In this document: positions 31,630 through 42,200 of the stretch, piece after piece
Layout: every line of letters begins with the position of its first letter
Numbering within the stretch: the stretch's first letter is position 1
Notes under the pieces: generated by a model
The model's input: the letters and a program-made list of their open reading frames with translations, nothing else
What the model was told of the DNA's origin: nothing
Databases searched by the model: none
Translations under genes and position numbers: made by a program
NCBI GenBank assembly: GCA_963745075.1
Contig: CAVUWV010000009.1
Span: forward strand, 1-64,000
From: Candidatus Hydrogenedentota bacterium
GTDB taxonomy: Bacteria; Hydrogenedentota; Hydrogenedentia; Hydrogenedentales; SLHB01
Direction of reading: 5' to 3'
Length of the DNA: 64,000 nucleotides

Positions 31630-32181
31630 TTACTCGTCGTGGTCCTCTTCATGAGGTTCTTTCTCGCCAAACAGAGCACCGAATTCAGACGAACCGGTCG
31701 CAACCATTGCCTGGACGCCGTATTCATGGACCAGCCGACCGCCTTCATGGGCCGTGTTTGCCAGCAGCAGCGCGCCGAAAGCGTACAAGGCCAGGAACGC
31801 GACGTTGAGACCAACCCGCAACACGGGTTTCAGGGTGGTCTTCAGGATCATGGGTGTCAGGACAATCGCCCCGAAGATTACCGTGAGAAATGCGAAAACC
31901 GTGCGCGTCGTTTCCGCGAGGTCTTCGTGCTGCTCCAGGACCTGCGAGATCGCCTCCGTGCGTTCCACCAGTCCCGCCCCCGCTTCGCCCGTGGATACTG
32001 CGACAAAAGCGCCGATAGTACCCAGGACCATCAGTGCGAATGCTGCGAGTGCAAACCCATTCCAGTGCTTTGAGAATATGAGTCCCAGCACCACGAGAAT
32101 CGGCGCGACCAGCAGCAGGGCTATGGGGAAATGAACGACCAGCGGATGGAGACCGTCCCAACTAGGCAGTGGTGGTAGCAT
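31630..32181 (-). CDS. DUF2231 membrane protein
   Basis: LHPLVVHFPIALL, AVSTGE, HEDLA and TAHEGGRLVHEYGV; AGGGAGG RBS; His/acidic tail. Confidence 0.8.
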   Translation of the reverse strand: MLPPLPSWDGLHPLVVHFPIALLLVAPILVVLGLIFSKHWNGFALAAFALMVLGTIGAFVAVSTGEAGAGLVERTEAISQVLEQHEDLAETTRTVFAFLTVIFGAIVLTPMILKTTLKPVLRVGLNVAFLALYAFGALLLANTAHEGGRLVHEYGVQAMVATGSSEFGALFGEKEPHEEDHDE

Positions 32182-32224
32182 CGCGACATCCTCCCTGGTT
32201 TTGGTTTTCTGTAGTTTAGAGGTT

Positions 32225-32255
32225 GCCGGCCACCGGAGGGGAATCGGTGGCCGGC
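32225..32255. other. 11-bp GC-rich hairpin in the DUF2231 leader
   Basis: GCCGGCCACCG-N9-CGGTGGCCGGC, with no U-tract on either strand. Confidence 0.6.
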
Positions 32256-32269
32256 GCAGGGTGTAGTCC

Positions 32270-32380
32270 GGAATTCTCACACGCACGACATACCTGCTGT
32301 GTAACTTCTGTGGATACCGTGTCTTCCAACGATGATAAAGATTCCTCAACTTGACAGTGTGCGTGTGAGAATTCCTCAAC
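32270..32380. repeat. Perfect 17-bp inverted repeat plus a 10-bp direct repeat (candidate operators)
   Basis: GGAATTCTCACACGCAC (32270-32286) and GTGCGTGTGAGAATTCC (32359-32375); ATTCCTCAAC at 32341 and 32371. Confidence 0.7.
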
Positions 32381-32485
32381 AGTGAGCCTTCAAGTTTTCT
32401 CGGGAGCATTTCTCACTGCCTTCTGGGACGCCGGTGTACCAAGCAAAGCCGTTCGGCGGTGAGAAATGCGGAGTAGGCTCAAGGA

Positions 32486-33133
32486 TCAGGTGACCTTGAC
32501 GAACTTCTCTTGGGGAGAGAAGCAAGAGGGGCATTTTTCAAGGGACGGGTCCGTCGTCGTGTATCCGCAGACCGTGCAGACATAGAAAGTCTTGGCGTCG
32601 CCCGTCCAGGTGTCCAGATTATCCAGCGCTTGCTGGTAAAGCTTGGCGTGTTCGGCTTCCGCCGTCTTGGCCAAGTTCAGGGTGCGCATGGCTTGCCGGT
32701 TGCGGTCGGATTTCGCCACGTTCAGGAATTTGACGTACATGACGTCCCGCTCGTAGGTTTCGCCCGCGATCGCCGCCGCGAGGTTTTCCTTCGTCGATTT
32801 CACGTCAGGCGTTTCGATCACCGCGGTGGCCGTGCCGCCCATGGCTTCGATGACCTTCTTGTGGTTTCTGGCGTGAACTTCTTCCGCCTTGGCGGCCGCG
32901 CGGAACAGGCTCGCCACCGGGGCGTATCCTTCTTCGTCCGCCTTCTTGGCAAACGCGAGGTACCGAACATGCGCGTTGGATTCGCCATTGAACGCGGCCT
33001 GGAGATTCTCCAGCGTGGTCCCGACCTTAAGTTCCGGCGACGCCGCGAATACCAGGGGGCTCATCGCCAATCCAAGGACTGCGAGAACCGCCGCCGTCCA
33101 AACCGTGCGCTTTGAAAGAATGGAACAGTACAT
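32486..33133 (-). CDS. Rubrerythrin with an N-terminal signal-peptide-like extension
   Basis: AFNGESNA, AEEVHA, GETYE, AEAEHA, and rubredoxin-like CTVC...CPSC. GGGAGG precedes the ATG at 33133. Confidence 0.9.
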   Translation of the reverse strand: MYCSILSKRTVWTAAVLAVLGLAMSPLVFAASPELKVGTTLENLQAAFNGESNAHVRYLAFAKKADEEGYAPVASLFRAAAKAEEVHARNHKKVIEAMGGTATAVIETPDVKSTKENLAAAIAGETYERDVMYVKFLNVAKSDRNRQAMRTLNLAKTAEAEHAKLYQQALDNLDTWTGDAKTFYVCTVCGYTTTDPSLEKCPSCFSPQEKFVKVT

Positions 33134-33208
33134 ACGTTGAAACCTCCCAACTATCCATCACCACAGTTACCGACTCAGGTGCCGGTCAACGACCGACGGG
33201 AGGTAAAG

Positions 33209-33225
33209 AGCATGGGACGTGCCAA
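33209..33225 (-). promoter_or_regulatory. Sigma54 -24/-12 promoter for rubrerythrin
   Basis: TTGGCACGTCCCATGCT (GG-N10-GC). An IHF-like TAGCAAGTACTTA lies at 33254-33266. Confidence 0.75.
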
Positions 33226-33441
33226 GCGGGATGAATACGCCCGTTCTGCGCTGTAGCAAGTACTTACGAAAGATCCGTGGCACAGAATTATGGCCGCTGC
33301 ACGAGAATTTGAACGGTTGTGGCGTGCATCTGTTAGAGAATTCCAACGAATACACGTATCGCCATGACGTGACGAGGGGGAGTGCGCGATCGCGAACTCC
33401 CCCGGGATTTGTGTAGGTCTAACTGGCTTGACATCAGGAGG

Positions 33442-33825
33442 TTACTGCTCGTTCAGGCGGCGCTCCCAGTCGTAGTCGCGGGCGGTGACCATGGTTTCCA
33501 GGCGGCGGATGCGGCGTTCGAGGTTGTCGTAGGTCCGTTTAAGCCGGTGCAGCGCCATGGACCGCGAGTTCATGTACGATTCGTAGAATTCCTGATCGGT
33601 ATCTTCGCGGAATGGGATGACGGGCTCCGGTTTCAGGATCAGCGCCGCGATAATATATGCGCCGATCAGTGGCCAGATTCCGGTGAAGAGGGAGACAAAT
33701 ACCGTCAGTACGCGCATACCCACGACCGGAAAATCGAAGTACGCGGCCAACCCCTTGCATACGCCGAAGATCAGTCCCGACCGGGATCGATAGAGCCTCT
33801 TTCCACTTTGTTCACGTGGCGCCAT
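33442..33825 (-). CDS. pspC: Phage shock protein C
   Basis: RLYRSRSGLIFGVCKGLAAYF, AYIIAALIL and ERRIRRLETMVT. Confidence 0.9.
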   Translation of the reverse strand: MAPREQSGKRLYRSRSGLIFGVCKGLAAYFDFPVVGMRVLTVFVSLFTGIWPLIGAYIIAALILKPEPVIPFREDTDQEFYESYMNSRSMALHRLKRTYDNLERRIRRLETMVTARDYDWERRLNEQ

Positions 33826-33879
33826 ATCGGCTCCTCCTTTCCTTTCGTCTTGCATCAAACCTATGTTGCCAATGCCCGG

Positions 33880-34119
33880 TCAACTGACACCGCCGCTCTT
33901 GCGGTCCCGTTCCAGCAGCAAGGTTTCCAAGGCTTCCACCCGTTCTTCCATCTTGAGGAGGCCGTGATAGATATCCTGAATCAGCCGCGTTTCCTCCGCC
34001 TGCAATTCACGCCCAACTCTACGGGATCCGCCCCGCAGAATTAGCAACGCCGCGAGGAATATCGCACCCACTACGGCAACCAGGGGGATCATGAGCGCCA
34101 GTATCGCAGCTTCATCCAT
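33880..34119 (-). CDS. PspB-like small membrane protein (copy 2)
   Basis: TM helix, then EETRLIQDIYHGLLKMEERVEALETLL; AAGGAG RBS. Confidence 0.8.
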   Translation of the reverse strand: MDEAAILALMIPLVAVVGAIFLAALLILRGGSRRVGRELQAEETRLIQDIYHGLLKMEERVEALETLLLERDRKSGGVS

Positions 34120-34162
34120 CGTTCGCTCCTTCGCTGTATCGATCGAAGACGGGCCGGTACAT

Positions 34163-34402
34163 TCAGTACGTCGAGCGGTCTTCTTCACGCTCCATGATAA
34201 TGGTTTCCAGGGCTTCCAGCCGTTCTTCCATCCGGGCGAGTCCCTGATGAATCTCCTGGATGACCCGGGCTTCGTCGGCATCCGATTCTTTCGGGCGATC
34301 TTTCATCATCCGCGAAGCGCCTGCCGCGAGACCGACGATACAAGCGACAATCGACGCCAGCAGGAGAAACATCACGACAAATAACAGTTCAAACCACGCC
34401 AT
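34163..34402 (-). CDS. PspB-like small membrane protein (copy 1)
   Basis: TM helix, then DEARVIQEIHQGLARMEERLEALETII; GGAGG RBS. Confidence 0.8.
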   Translation of the reverse strand: MAWFELLFVVMFLLLASIVACIVGLAAGASRMMKDRPKESDADEARVIQEIHQGLARMEERLEALETIIMEREEDRSTY

Positions 34403-34424
34403 CACTATTCCCCTCCGGATCGGT

Positions 34425-34892
34425 CTACCGGATCGTCCATTCGCCGGGGCCCGTGGCCCGCGCACGTTTTCTCATTAACTTTCTCGCGCCGCGTTCGATG
34501 ACTTTCGGGTCCGGGTTGAAGGCGTTCGCCGCGTCGAATGCCAAGCCGATGCCCCATCCCAGCAAACAGAAATAGAACCAGCTTCCGCCGGATACCATGA
34601 TATCCAGCAGAAACAGAAAACCGTTCACAATCAGGTAGGCCCGAAGGTGATCGTAGAACTTGCGCTTACGACGCAGTTTCCATTCTTCGCACGCGGATTC
34701 ATATTCCCCCGTTGTACGCTGTTCGTTGATCGCACGCTCCAACTCCCCCGGCGCAATTCCGAGTTCCCGCGCGGTTTCCACGAGTTCCTCGTACGTGATC
34801 TCGCCCGAGTCTCGCTTCCGCCGGAGGGCACGCCGAAGAATAGATTCCACCTCCTCAACGGTGTACATCTCACCCGACTGCGTCTCTACCAT
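34425..34892 (-). CDS. 2TM domain protein
   Basis: YTVEEVESILRRAL...ELVETARELGI, then FYDHLRAYLIVNGFL...WFYFCLLGWGIGLAF. Confidence 0.75.
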   Translation of the reverse strand: MVETQSGEMYTVEEVESILRRALRRKRDSGEITYEELVETARELGIAPGELERAINEQRTTGEYESACEEWKLRRKRKFYDHLRAYLIVNGFLFLLDIMVSGGSWFYFCLLGWGIGLAFDAANAFNPDPKVIERGARKLMRKRARATGPGEWTIR

Positions 34893-34959
34893 GTTCCGCC
34901 CCTTTCTCATCTACCGAGTCAGAATTTATCCGGGCGCTTGCGCGTGCAAGCGGAACTCT

Positions 34960-35634
34960 TTAGCTCGGGCGCTCCCCGGCGCTCTTCTTCGACTTCAGCG
35001 CATCGAGTTCCTTTTCGATCTCTTCGTCATCCGCCAGTTTCAGAAACTCTTCTTCGAGGGCGTTCTTCGCGCCGAAATTTACGAGATCGGCTTCCGCTTC
35101 CATTCGATCGATGCGTTGTTCGAACGACTCGAATCGCGCAATGGTGTCGGCCGTGTCGCTCCGGCGAATTTTCTCCTGGGCCTCCTTCTTGCGCGTCGCG
35201 TGAACGTGCCGCTGCACCATGACCCGTTGCTTTTCGCGCGCCAGGGCGAGCTTGTCCTCCAACTGCATTATATCAGACTGGTACTGTTCGACCAGCGTCT
35301 CGCATTGTGTGGATTCCTTTTCAATCGCTTCCCCGCGTTCGCGATACCGTTTCTTCTCGACGAGCGCTTCACGGGCCAGATCTTCCCGGCCTTTGTCGAC
35401 CGCAAGTTGGGCCTTGGCGCCCCAATCGGCCTCGCGCCTGCGCACTTCATCAAATTCGCGCTGAATCTTCTTCTTGGTCGCCATGGCGCCGGCGCAGGAG
35501 GCCTTCACCTCGACCAGTGTGTCTTCCATTTCCCGGATCATCAGCTTGACCAGTTTCTCCGGATCTTCCGCTTTGTCCAGCATCGCGTTGATGTTGGAAC
35601 TGATGATATCCCGAACCCGTGTAAAAATACCCAT
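34960..35634 (-). CDS. pspA: Phage shock protein A
   Basis: MGIFTRVRDIISSNINAMLDKAEDPEKLVKLMIREMEDTLVEV, GREDLAREAL and FEQRIDRMEAEA. Confidence 0.96.
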   Translation of the reverse strand: MGIFTRVRDIISSNINAMLDKAEDPEKLVKLMIREMEDTLVEVKASCAGAMATKKKIQREFDEVRRREADWGAKAQLAVDKGREDLAREALVEKKRYRERGEAIEKESTQCETLVEQYQSDIMQLEDKLALAREKQRVMVQRHVHATRKKEAQEKIRRSDTADTIARFESFEQRIDRMEAEADLVNFGAKNALEEEFLKLADDEEIEKELDALKSKKSAGERPS

Positions 35635-35674
35635 GAATCAATCCTCCAAGTCGTGCGATGCCGCGCCGTTTCGC

Positions 35675-36169
35675 TCAGGAAACCGGCGAAGTACTCCCAA
35701 GTTGTCGAAACATTACCGCCGGCCTGCCAGGATCGGACGGTTCATTCTGCCACGCCACCGGGCCGTCTTCGGTTATGTGTTTTGGTGCGTGATGACGCTT
35801 GCCGTGCAAATCACCCGAGATTATCAACGCATGATGTACAAGCTGTGACACTCTCGATATGGACTCGATTTCGTCGTGCAGGATGCGCAGCCCCGCCGTA
35901 AATTGCGATGTTCCAAACTCCGGTTCGCACCAGACGATACGGCCCTCGAGTTGGTGCGCTCCGGAATCGCCGGCACTCTCGGGGAGATGGAACAAGATGG
36001 ACGTGCCGGGACGAAGGTATCGTCCCATCCGTAGGCGCATGCCGCCACGACCTACATCGAGAACCACCGCGTTTCCATGTTGAAGCGCTCCGTAGCTGTA
36101 GCGCATTTGCATGGGATAGGGCACTCGCACGAAGCGACGAAGGTTGCGAAGAGCGGTTGTGGCGCACAT
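35675..36169 (-). CDS. PilZ domain protein
   Basis: RRFVRVP (RxxxR), DVGRGGMRL (DxSxxG-like) and GRIVWC...AGLRI. Confidence 0.75.
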   Translation of the reverse strand: MCATTALRNLRRFVRVPYPMQMRYSYGALQHGNAVVLDVGRGGMRLRMGRYLRPGTSILFHLPESAGDSGAHQLEGRIVWCEPEFGTSQFTAGLRILHDEIESISRVSQLVHHALIISGDLHGKRHHAPKHITEDGPVAWQNEPSDPGRPAVMFRQLGSTSPVS

Positions 36170-36223
36170 GATGTCGAGTTCCTTTGAGCCGTTTATTCCG
36201 GAGAATCCCTACACGGAGGGATG

Positions 36224-36240
36224 AGCAATCGATGTGCCAA
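36224..36240 (-). promoter_or_regulatory. Sigma54 -24/-12 promoter of the pilZ-psp operon
   Basis: TTGGCACATCGATTGCT matches TGGCAC-N5-TTGC exactly. Confidence 0.85.
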
Positions 36241-36579
36241 CCGGTGTTTTATGTGTAACTTTGTTCCACAAATTGGCTTATCGTGGATACGTGTGCCTGA
36301 GGCTTGAGTTTTGGGTTGAGCGCCAAGACCAATCGATGGCGGCAGCGACCTCGTGGTGGCGATCCTGACCACCCAGGTTTGAAGGAAGTCTGACCGGCAT
36401 GACCCCGCAAATTCCGCTGTAAGTCCAATGGAATCGTGCTATAGTGGAGCCCCGGGTTGGTATGAGGGTTCGGGAAACGATTCAGGATCGCGAAGGGAGG
36501 GGCGCCTTTCGCGAACGGTGGGTAAGAAGGCCCGGAGCTATGTGGGTGTGGGCACGACTTGGTGGAGTGGGAGTCTAAT

Positions 36580-38608
36580 ATGTCTTGTGCCGGGTACTTG
36601 CGTAGATTCGCGACCGCGCTGGTGGTTTGCGCCTGCTGGACCGCAATGAGTTACGCCAGCGACGATCGGCCCGGAACATCGGCAAACGAAAAGCCCCGGG
36701 ATTTAACGGAATTGAGTCTAGAAGACCTCATGAACGTCGAGGTAACCAGTGTCTCGAAAAAGGCGGAGCCCAAGAACGCCGCGCCGGCCGCGATCTATGT
36801 CTTGACCGCGGAAGACATTCACCGTTCCGGGGCCACCACCTTGCCGGAACTGCTTCGAACGGTCCCCGGTGTGCACGTCGCAAAGCTCAACGCCAACACG
36901 TGGTCGGTTACAATTCGCGGTTTTAGTGGACAATACTCCAACAAGCTGCTTGTGCTGATAGATGGTCGATCCGTATATACGCCGTCGTTCTCGGGTGTGT
37001 TTTGGGAGAGCCTCGACATCATGCTGGAGGACATCGAACGTATCGAAGTCATTCGGGGCCCCGGGGGCACACTATGGGGCGCGAATGCGGTCAACGGCGT
37101 CATCAATATCATGACGAAGAAGGCCAAAGACACGCCGGGGGGGCTCCTTTCATTGGGCGGCGGCACGGAGGACCAGGCGTTTGGGGGGCTCGGCTACGGC
37201 GGCCGCATTGGCGACAACAGCTATTATCGTTTCTATCTGGGACACGCCGATTACGATGATGGCGATTTTCGGTCCGGCAAACCGTCAAACGACGATTGGG
37301 ATGCGACGTTCGGCGGGTTTCGCGTGGACCTTCAGCCCGATGACTCCGAGTCGTTCTCGATCCTGGGTCACCTTTCCGAAAACGACACGGGAGAAACTCA
37401 GAAGAATCCGATACGGTTGTTTCCATACACTTCCCGGACCTCAAGTCCGGAGACTTTGGAACGGCGCAGTTTGCTTGCACGGTGGACCCGCGAGATTGAC
37501 GCTGACTCCCGGCTCCAAATTCAAGCGTACTACGATTTCTTTGAATCCGACGCACCGAACATCCGATTGCGTGAGCACACCTTCGACCTCGACATTCAGC
37601 ACCAATTTAAGCTGGGAAACCGGCAAGATATTGTATGGGGTACCGGCTTTCGATACGTGAGCGATACGGCCGCCGGTAGCCCCTTCCTCTCGTTCGATCC
37701 CGATGAGCGGCGGCTCCGTATTTTCAATGCGTATCTGCAAGACGAAATTACGCTGGTCGATGACGTTCCTGAATCTCACGCTCGGCACGAAACTCGAATA
37801 CAACGACTACACCGGCGTCGAAATTCAGCCCAACGCAAGGCTCATCTGGTCTCCAAACAAACGGCATACCGTCTGGGCCGCCGTTTCGCGCGCCGTCAGG
37901 AGTCCGTCCCGTTCCGAACTCGACCTTCGTCTCGAAAGCCTCGACAGACGGCGCCTGGTAGTCGCCCTGTACGGCAACGACGATTTCGAATCCGAAGACT
38001 TGCTCGCCTTCGAGACCGGGTATCGCATCGAACTGTCAGCGTCGGCAGCGTTGGACGTCTCACTTTTCTACAATCTTTACAACAACCTCAGGACAACGGA
38101 GTTTCGGCGCCCGTTCATCGAGATCGATCCGCTCCCGCCTCATGTGGCCGTTCCGATCGTCGTGGACAACAATATGGACGGTTCCACGTATGGGTTTGAA
38201 GTTGCCATGGAGTGGAATCCACAATCTTGGTGGCGTATTCGTGCAGGGTATTCCTTTCTGGAAATGGATTTGTCGCCAAATCCCAAAACCATCGATATCC
38301 TGTCAAGTACCGTCGAAGACGAAACCCCAGAGCAACAGGCGTTCATGCAAGTTAGTTTCGACTTGGCTCAGCGTGTGGAACTCGACACGACCCTGCGCTA
38401 TGTTGACACCGTGCCCGCCTTCGGGGTGGACGACTATCTCACCGCGGACATTCGCCTTGCCTGGTCGCCCAGGGAGGACTTGGAGTTTTCCCTCGTGGGG
38501 CAGAACCTGTTCGAAGAATCTCATCTTGAATATGCGCCAAGCTTTATCAATCTAGTGCCCACCGAAGTCGAACGAGGTGTTTATGGGAAGGTTACATGGC
38601 GCTTCTGA
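36580..38608 (+). CDS. TonB-dependent receptor, frameshifted near 37766
   Basis: Signal peptide, LSLEDLMNVEVTSVSKK, LVLIDGRSVY and IERIEVIRGPGGTLWGANAVNGVINI. The barrel continues in ORF 37703..38608 and ends GKVTWRF. Confidence 0.9.
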
Positions 38609-39237
38609 ACTACAGGCGGGGAACCCGAACCCCGTACCGACGTATTGATGGCTCGCGCGCCGCGCGGGGACTGGCGATCCTCCTGTGCGTCATGTCCCTG
38701 CCGCTTCTTCAAGTCCGAATCTGTCACGCGGGCGCCGACGCCCCATCGGAATATGAAGTGAAGGCCGCCTTCCTCTATAAGTTCATCAGCTTTGTCGAGT
38801 GGCCCGACGAATCGTTTCCCGAAGATGAGACCCCGATTCAAATCGGAATCCTTGGCGATGACCCCTTTGGCGCGATCCTGGACCGGATGGTCAAAGACAA
38901 GTCAATCAATCACCGCAGGCTACGAGTCAAACGATCCAACGATCCTTCCGAACTGACCGATTGTCATATCGTCTTCATCGCCAAATCCGACGCGGACAAC
39001 ATCAAGACGCTGGCGCCGAACTTCCACAACCGGCACGTTCTGACCGTCGGCGATTCGCCTGGTTTCGCAGAACGGGGCGGCATCATCAATCTGATCGAGC
39101 AGGATGGCAAGGTCCGGTTCGAGATTAACCCCGAGGCGGCGAAACGGGCACACCTCCACATTAGCTCCCAGCTCCTCGCTCTCGCCAAAGTCGTCGAAAC
39201 GAAACGAGATGAAGACCGTGAAAAAAAACCTGCTTAG
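38596..39237 (+). CDS. YfiR family (DUF4154) periplasmic protein
   Basis: EYEVKAAFLYKFISFVEWP, LGDDPFG, LTVGD...GGII, VRFEIN and ISSQLLALA. Confidence 0.9.
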   Translation: MALLNYRRGTRTPYRRIDGSRAARGLAILLCVMSLPLLQVRICHAGADAPSEYEVKAAFLYKFISFVEWPDESFPEDETPIQIGILGDDPFGAILDRMVKDKSINHRRLRVKRSNDPSELTDCHIVFIAKSDADNIKTLAPNFHNRHVLTVGDSPGFAERGGIINLIEQDGKVRFEINPEAAKRAHLHISSQLLALAKVVETKRDEDREKKPA

Positions 39238-42200
39238 GGATCTTTCCATCGGAAAGAAACTGACCCTCCTGGTGATGATTCCCAGTGCTGCAGCGCTTTT
39301 GCTCGCCACAGCCGCCCTGATCGCATGGGATCTGTTCTCCTTCTGGAGTTCCATGGAGGCCGACCTGCGTTCTACTGCGTCCGTCATCGGTAACAACAGT
39401 GCCGCCGCTTTGATGTTCGACGCTCCTCAAGAGGCCGAGGACATCATGTCGGCCATGTCCGCAATCGAGGATGTGGAATTCGGCTATCTCTTCACGGAAT
39501 CCGGGCGGCTCTTTGCACGCTGGAGCGCGCACCCGGACACCGACCATTACGCGCCTATCAAGATACCGAAGAAATCCGTTACGCATGACACAAGACAGAT
39601 CATCGTCGTGCACCCAATCGAGCGGGACGGCAACCCCATCGGCACTTTCGTGCTGGTTTCGAACCTGGACCGATTCTGGCAGCGCGTATACCGGCACGCC
39701 CTGGTTTTCTCAATCGCGATCGCAGCCGCGCTGATCTTGGCGCTCGGTCTGGAAACGCGTTTGCGACGGTTAATAACGGAGCCCATCTTTCATTTGGCCG
39801 ATATCGCCGAGCGTTTGTCCAGGGAGAAGGACTATTCGATCCGTGCGCGCACGTTTGGCCGGGACGAGATCGGCCTATTGATCGAGCAGTTCAACGCGAT
39901 GCTCGAGCGCGTCGAGGCCCGGGACGCATCGCTGCAGCAAGCCCAGGCCGAACTGGAAACTCGCGTCTTTGAACGTACCAAGGCCCTTCAACAGGAAATC
40001 GTCGACCGGGAACGGGCACAGAAAGCCCTTCGCGACAGCGAAGCGCGACTACGAGGCGTGTTGGAAGATCAGACGGAGTTCGTTCATCGCATGAAGCCGG
40101 ATGGCACGATCACGTACGCGAATGGCGCGTACGCGCGATTCTGGAATTCACTTCCGGAAGATCTAGTCGGACAAAACCTCATGGAGATGATTCCCGTACC
40201 GGATAGCACCCGCCTCTCCCGGGATCTTGCTCGAATGACGGCCGACAATCCGATGCAAACGCAGCGGATCCCCATCGCCCGGACCGACGAAGAACCCCGG
40301 TGGTACGAATGGACCATTCGTGGCTTTTTCGATGAGTCGGATCGCGCGGTCGAATTTCAGTCCGTCGGTCGCGACATCACCGATCGTAAGCGCGCTGAAG
40401 ATGCCGTGGTTCGCGCAATGCAAGAAGCGGAACAGGCCAATTCGCAGCTTCAGGACGCCATCGCGCGAGCGAACCAGATGGCGCAGGAGGCCGAAATCGC
40501 CAACGCCGCAAAGAGCGAATTTCTCGCCAACATGAGCCACGAGATTCGGACCCCCATGAACGGGATCATTGGAATGACGGGCCTGCTGCTGGATACCGAA
40601 CTGGATGATGTACAGCGGGATTACGCGGAAAGCGTCCGAGAATCCTCGAACGCCCTCTTGTCGATCATCAACGACATCCTGGACTTCTCCAAAATCGAAG
40701 CGGGCCGGCTCGAGCTCGAAATCATCGACTTCGATCTCCGCGTGGCCTTGGAGGACGTGTTGGACCTCCTCGCGCTCCGTGCCCACGAAAAAGGATTGGA
40801 AATCGCCTCACTCGCCGAACCCGACGTCCCTTCCCTGGTGCGAGGCGATCCGGGCCGGTTACGACAGATTCTAATCAACCTCGTGTCGAACGCCATCAAG
40901 TTCACCGAGGAAGGCGAAGTCGTCGTCCATGTTTCCCTCGCCGAGGAGTACGAAAATGAAATCATCGCGCGCTTCGAAGTCAGAGATACGGGCATCGGCA
41001 TCCCTGGGGATCGGCTGGATCGACTCTTTAAGTCCTTCTCGCAAGTCGACGGGTCCACGACGCGGAAGTTTGGCGGCACGGGGCTGGGGTTGGCGATATC
41101 GAAACGTCTCGTGCATTTGATGGATGGTGAAATCGGCGTGGAAAGCGAGGAAGGCAACGGTTCCACGTTTTGGTTTAACTGCCGGTTTGCCCTGCAGTCC
41201 GGCGGCGATTCTCAAGACACTTTCTTAGCGGAAAGCCTGGAAGGGAAACACATCCTCATCGTCGACGACAACCAGACGAATCGTTCGGTGCTTGGCCAGC
41301 AATTACTGCAGTTCGGGTGCCGCAGCAGCGAAGCGGCAGGGGGGCCGGCCGCTTTGGAATCCATTCGCCAGGCGAAGCGTGCGGGCGATCGATTCGATCT
41401 GGTCATCGTGGACTCCCGCATGCCGGGGATGGACGGACAGGGCCTTGCCCGCGCCATCCACAAGGATGACGCCTGCGACGACCCCCTGTTGGTCCTGTTG
41501 ACCTCGAGCGGCAGACGAGGGGACGCCGTCCAGTACCATGAACTCGGATTCGTCGCCTATCTGACTAAACCCGTCAAGCGCTCCCAACTATTCGATTGCC
41601 TCAGCGCGGCTCTCGGGACCCGGAAATGGGTCAAGAAGGGTAAACCGCTCCCGCTGTTGACTCGCCACTCCGTAAGCGAGCAGAAAAGACACGCCCGCCG
41701 CATTCTTGTCGCCGAGGACAATCAAGTGAATCAGAAGGTGGCACGGCGGATTATCGAGAAACTCGGCTATAGCGCCGACACGGTCGCGAACGGGCGTGAA
41801 GCCGTCTCGGCGATCCAGCAGATCCCCTACGATTTGGTTCTCATGGACGGTCAAATGCCCGAAATGGACGGCGTCGAAGCAACCCGTGCCATCCGAGCGT
41901 TGGAGGACGGCACCGGACGCCATACGCCGATAGTCGCCCTCACCGCCCACGCCATGGAGGGGGATCGCGAGCGGTATCTCCACGCCGGCATGGACGACTA
42001 TCTTGCAAAACCCTTGGAGCCGTCCGAACTGGCCAAAATGATAGAATATCATCTCAACAAAAAAATCATGGGTGCACCGCACGAAGCGCGTCTTTGTAAG
42101 AGGACGCGCAAGCCCGTATTCAACCAGAGGGCGTTACTCGCGCGTTTGGACAACGATATCGAATTGGCGGAAGAACTGGTCCAGGTCTTCCTGGCCGATA

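Noticed and set aside
32182..32300. Third sigma54 promoter upstream of DUF2231
   Set aside because: No convincing TGGC-type -24/-12 element with correct spacing found on the minus strand.
34660..35901. 413-aa plus-strand ORF
   Set aside because: Antisense to pspA and its neighbours; no recognisable domain.
39221..39228. A8 tract as a phase-variation switch at the yfiR/kinase overlap
   Set aside because: Short Lys-coding run with both frames intact; nothing else supports slippage.
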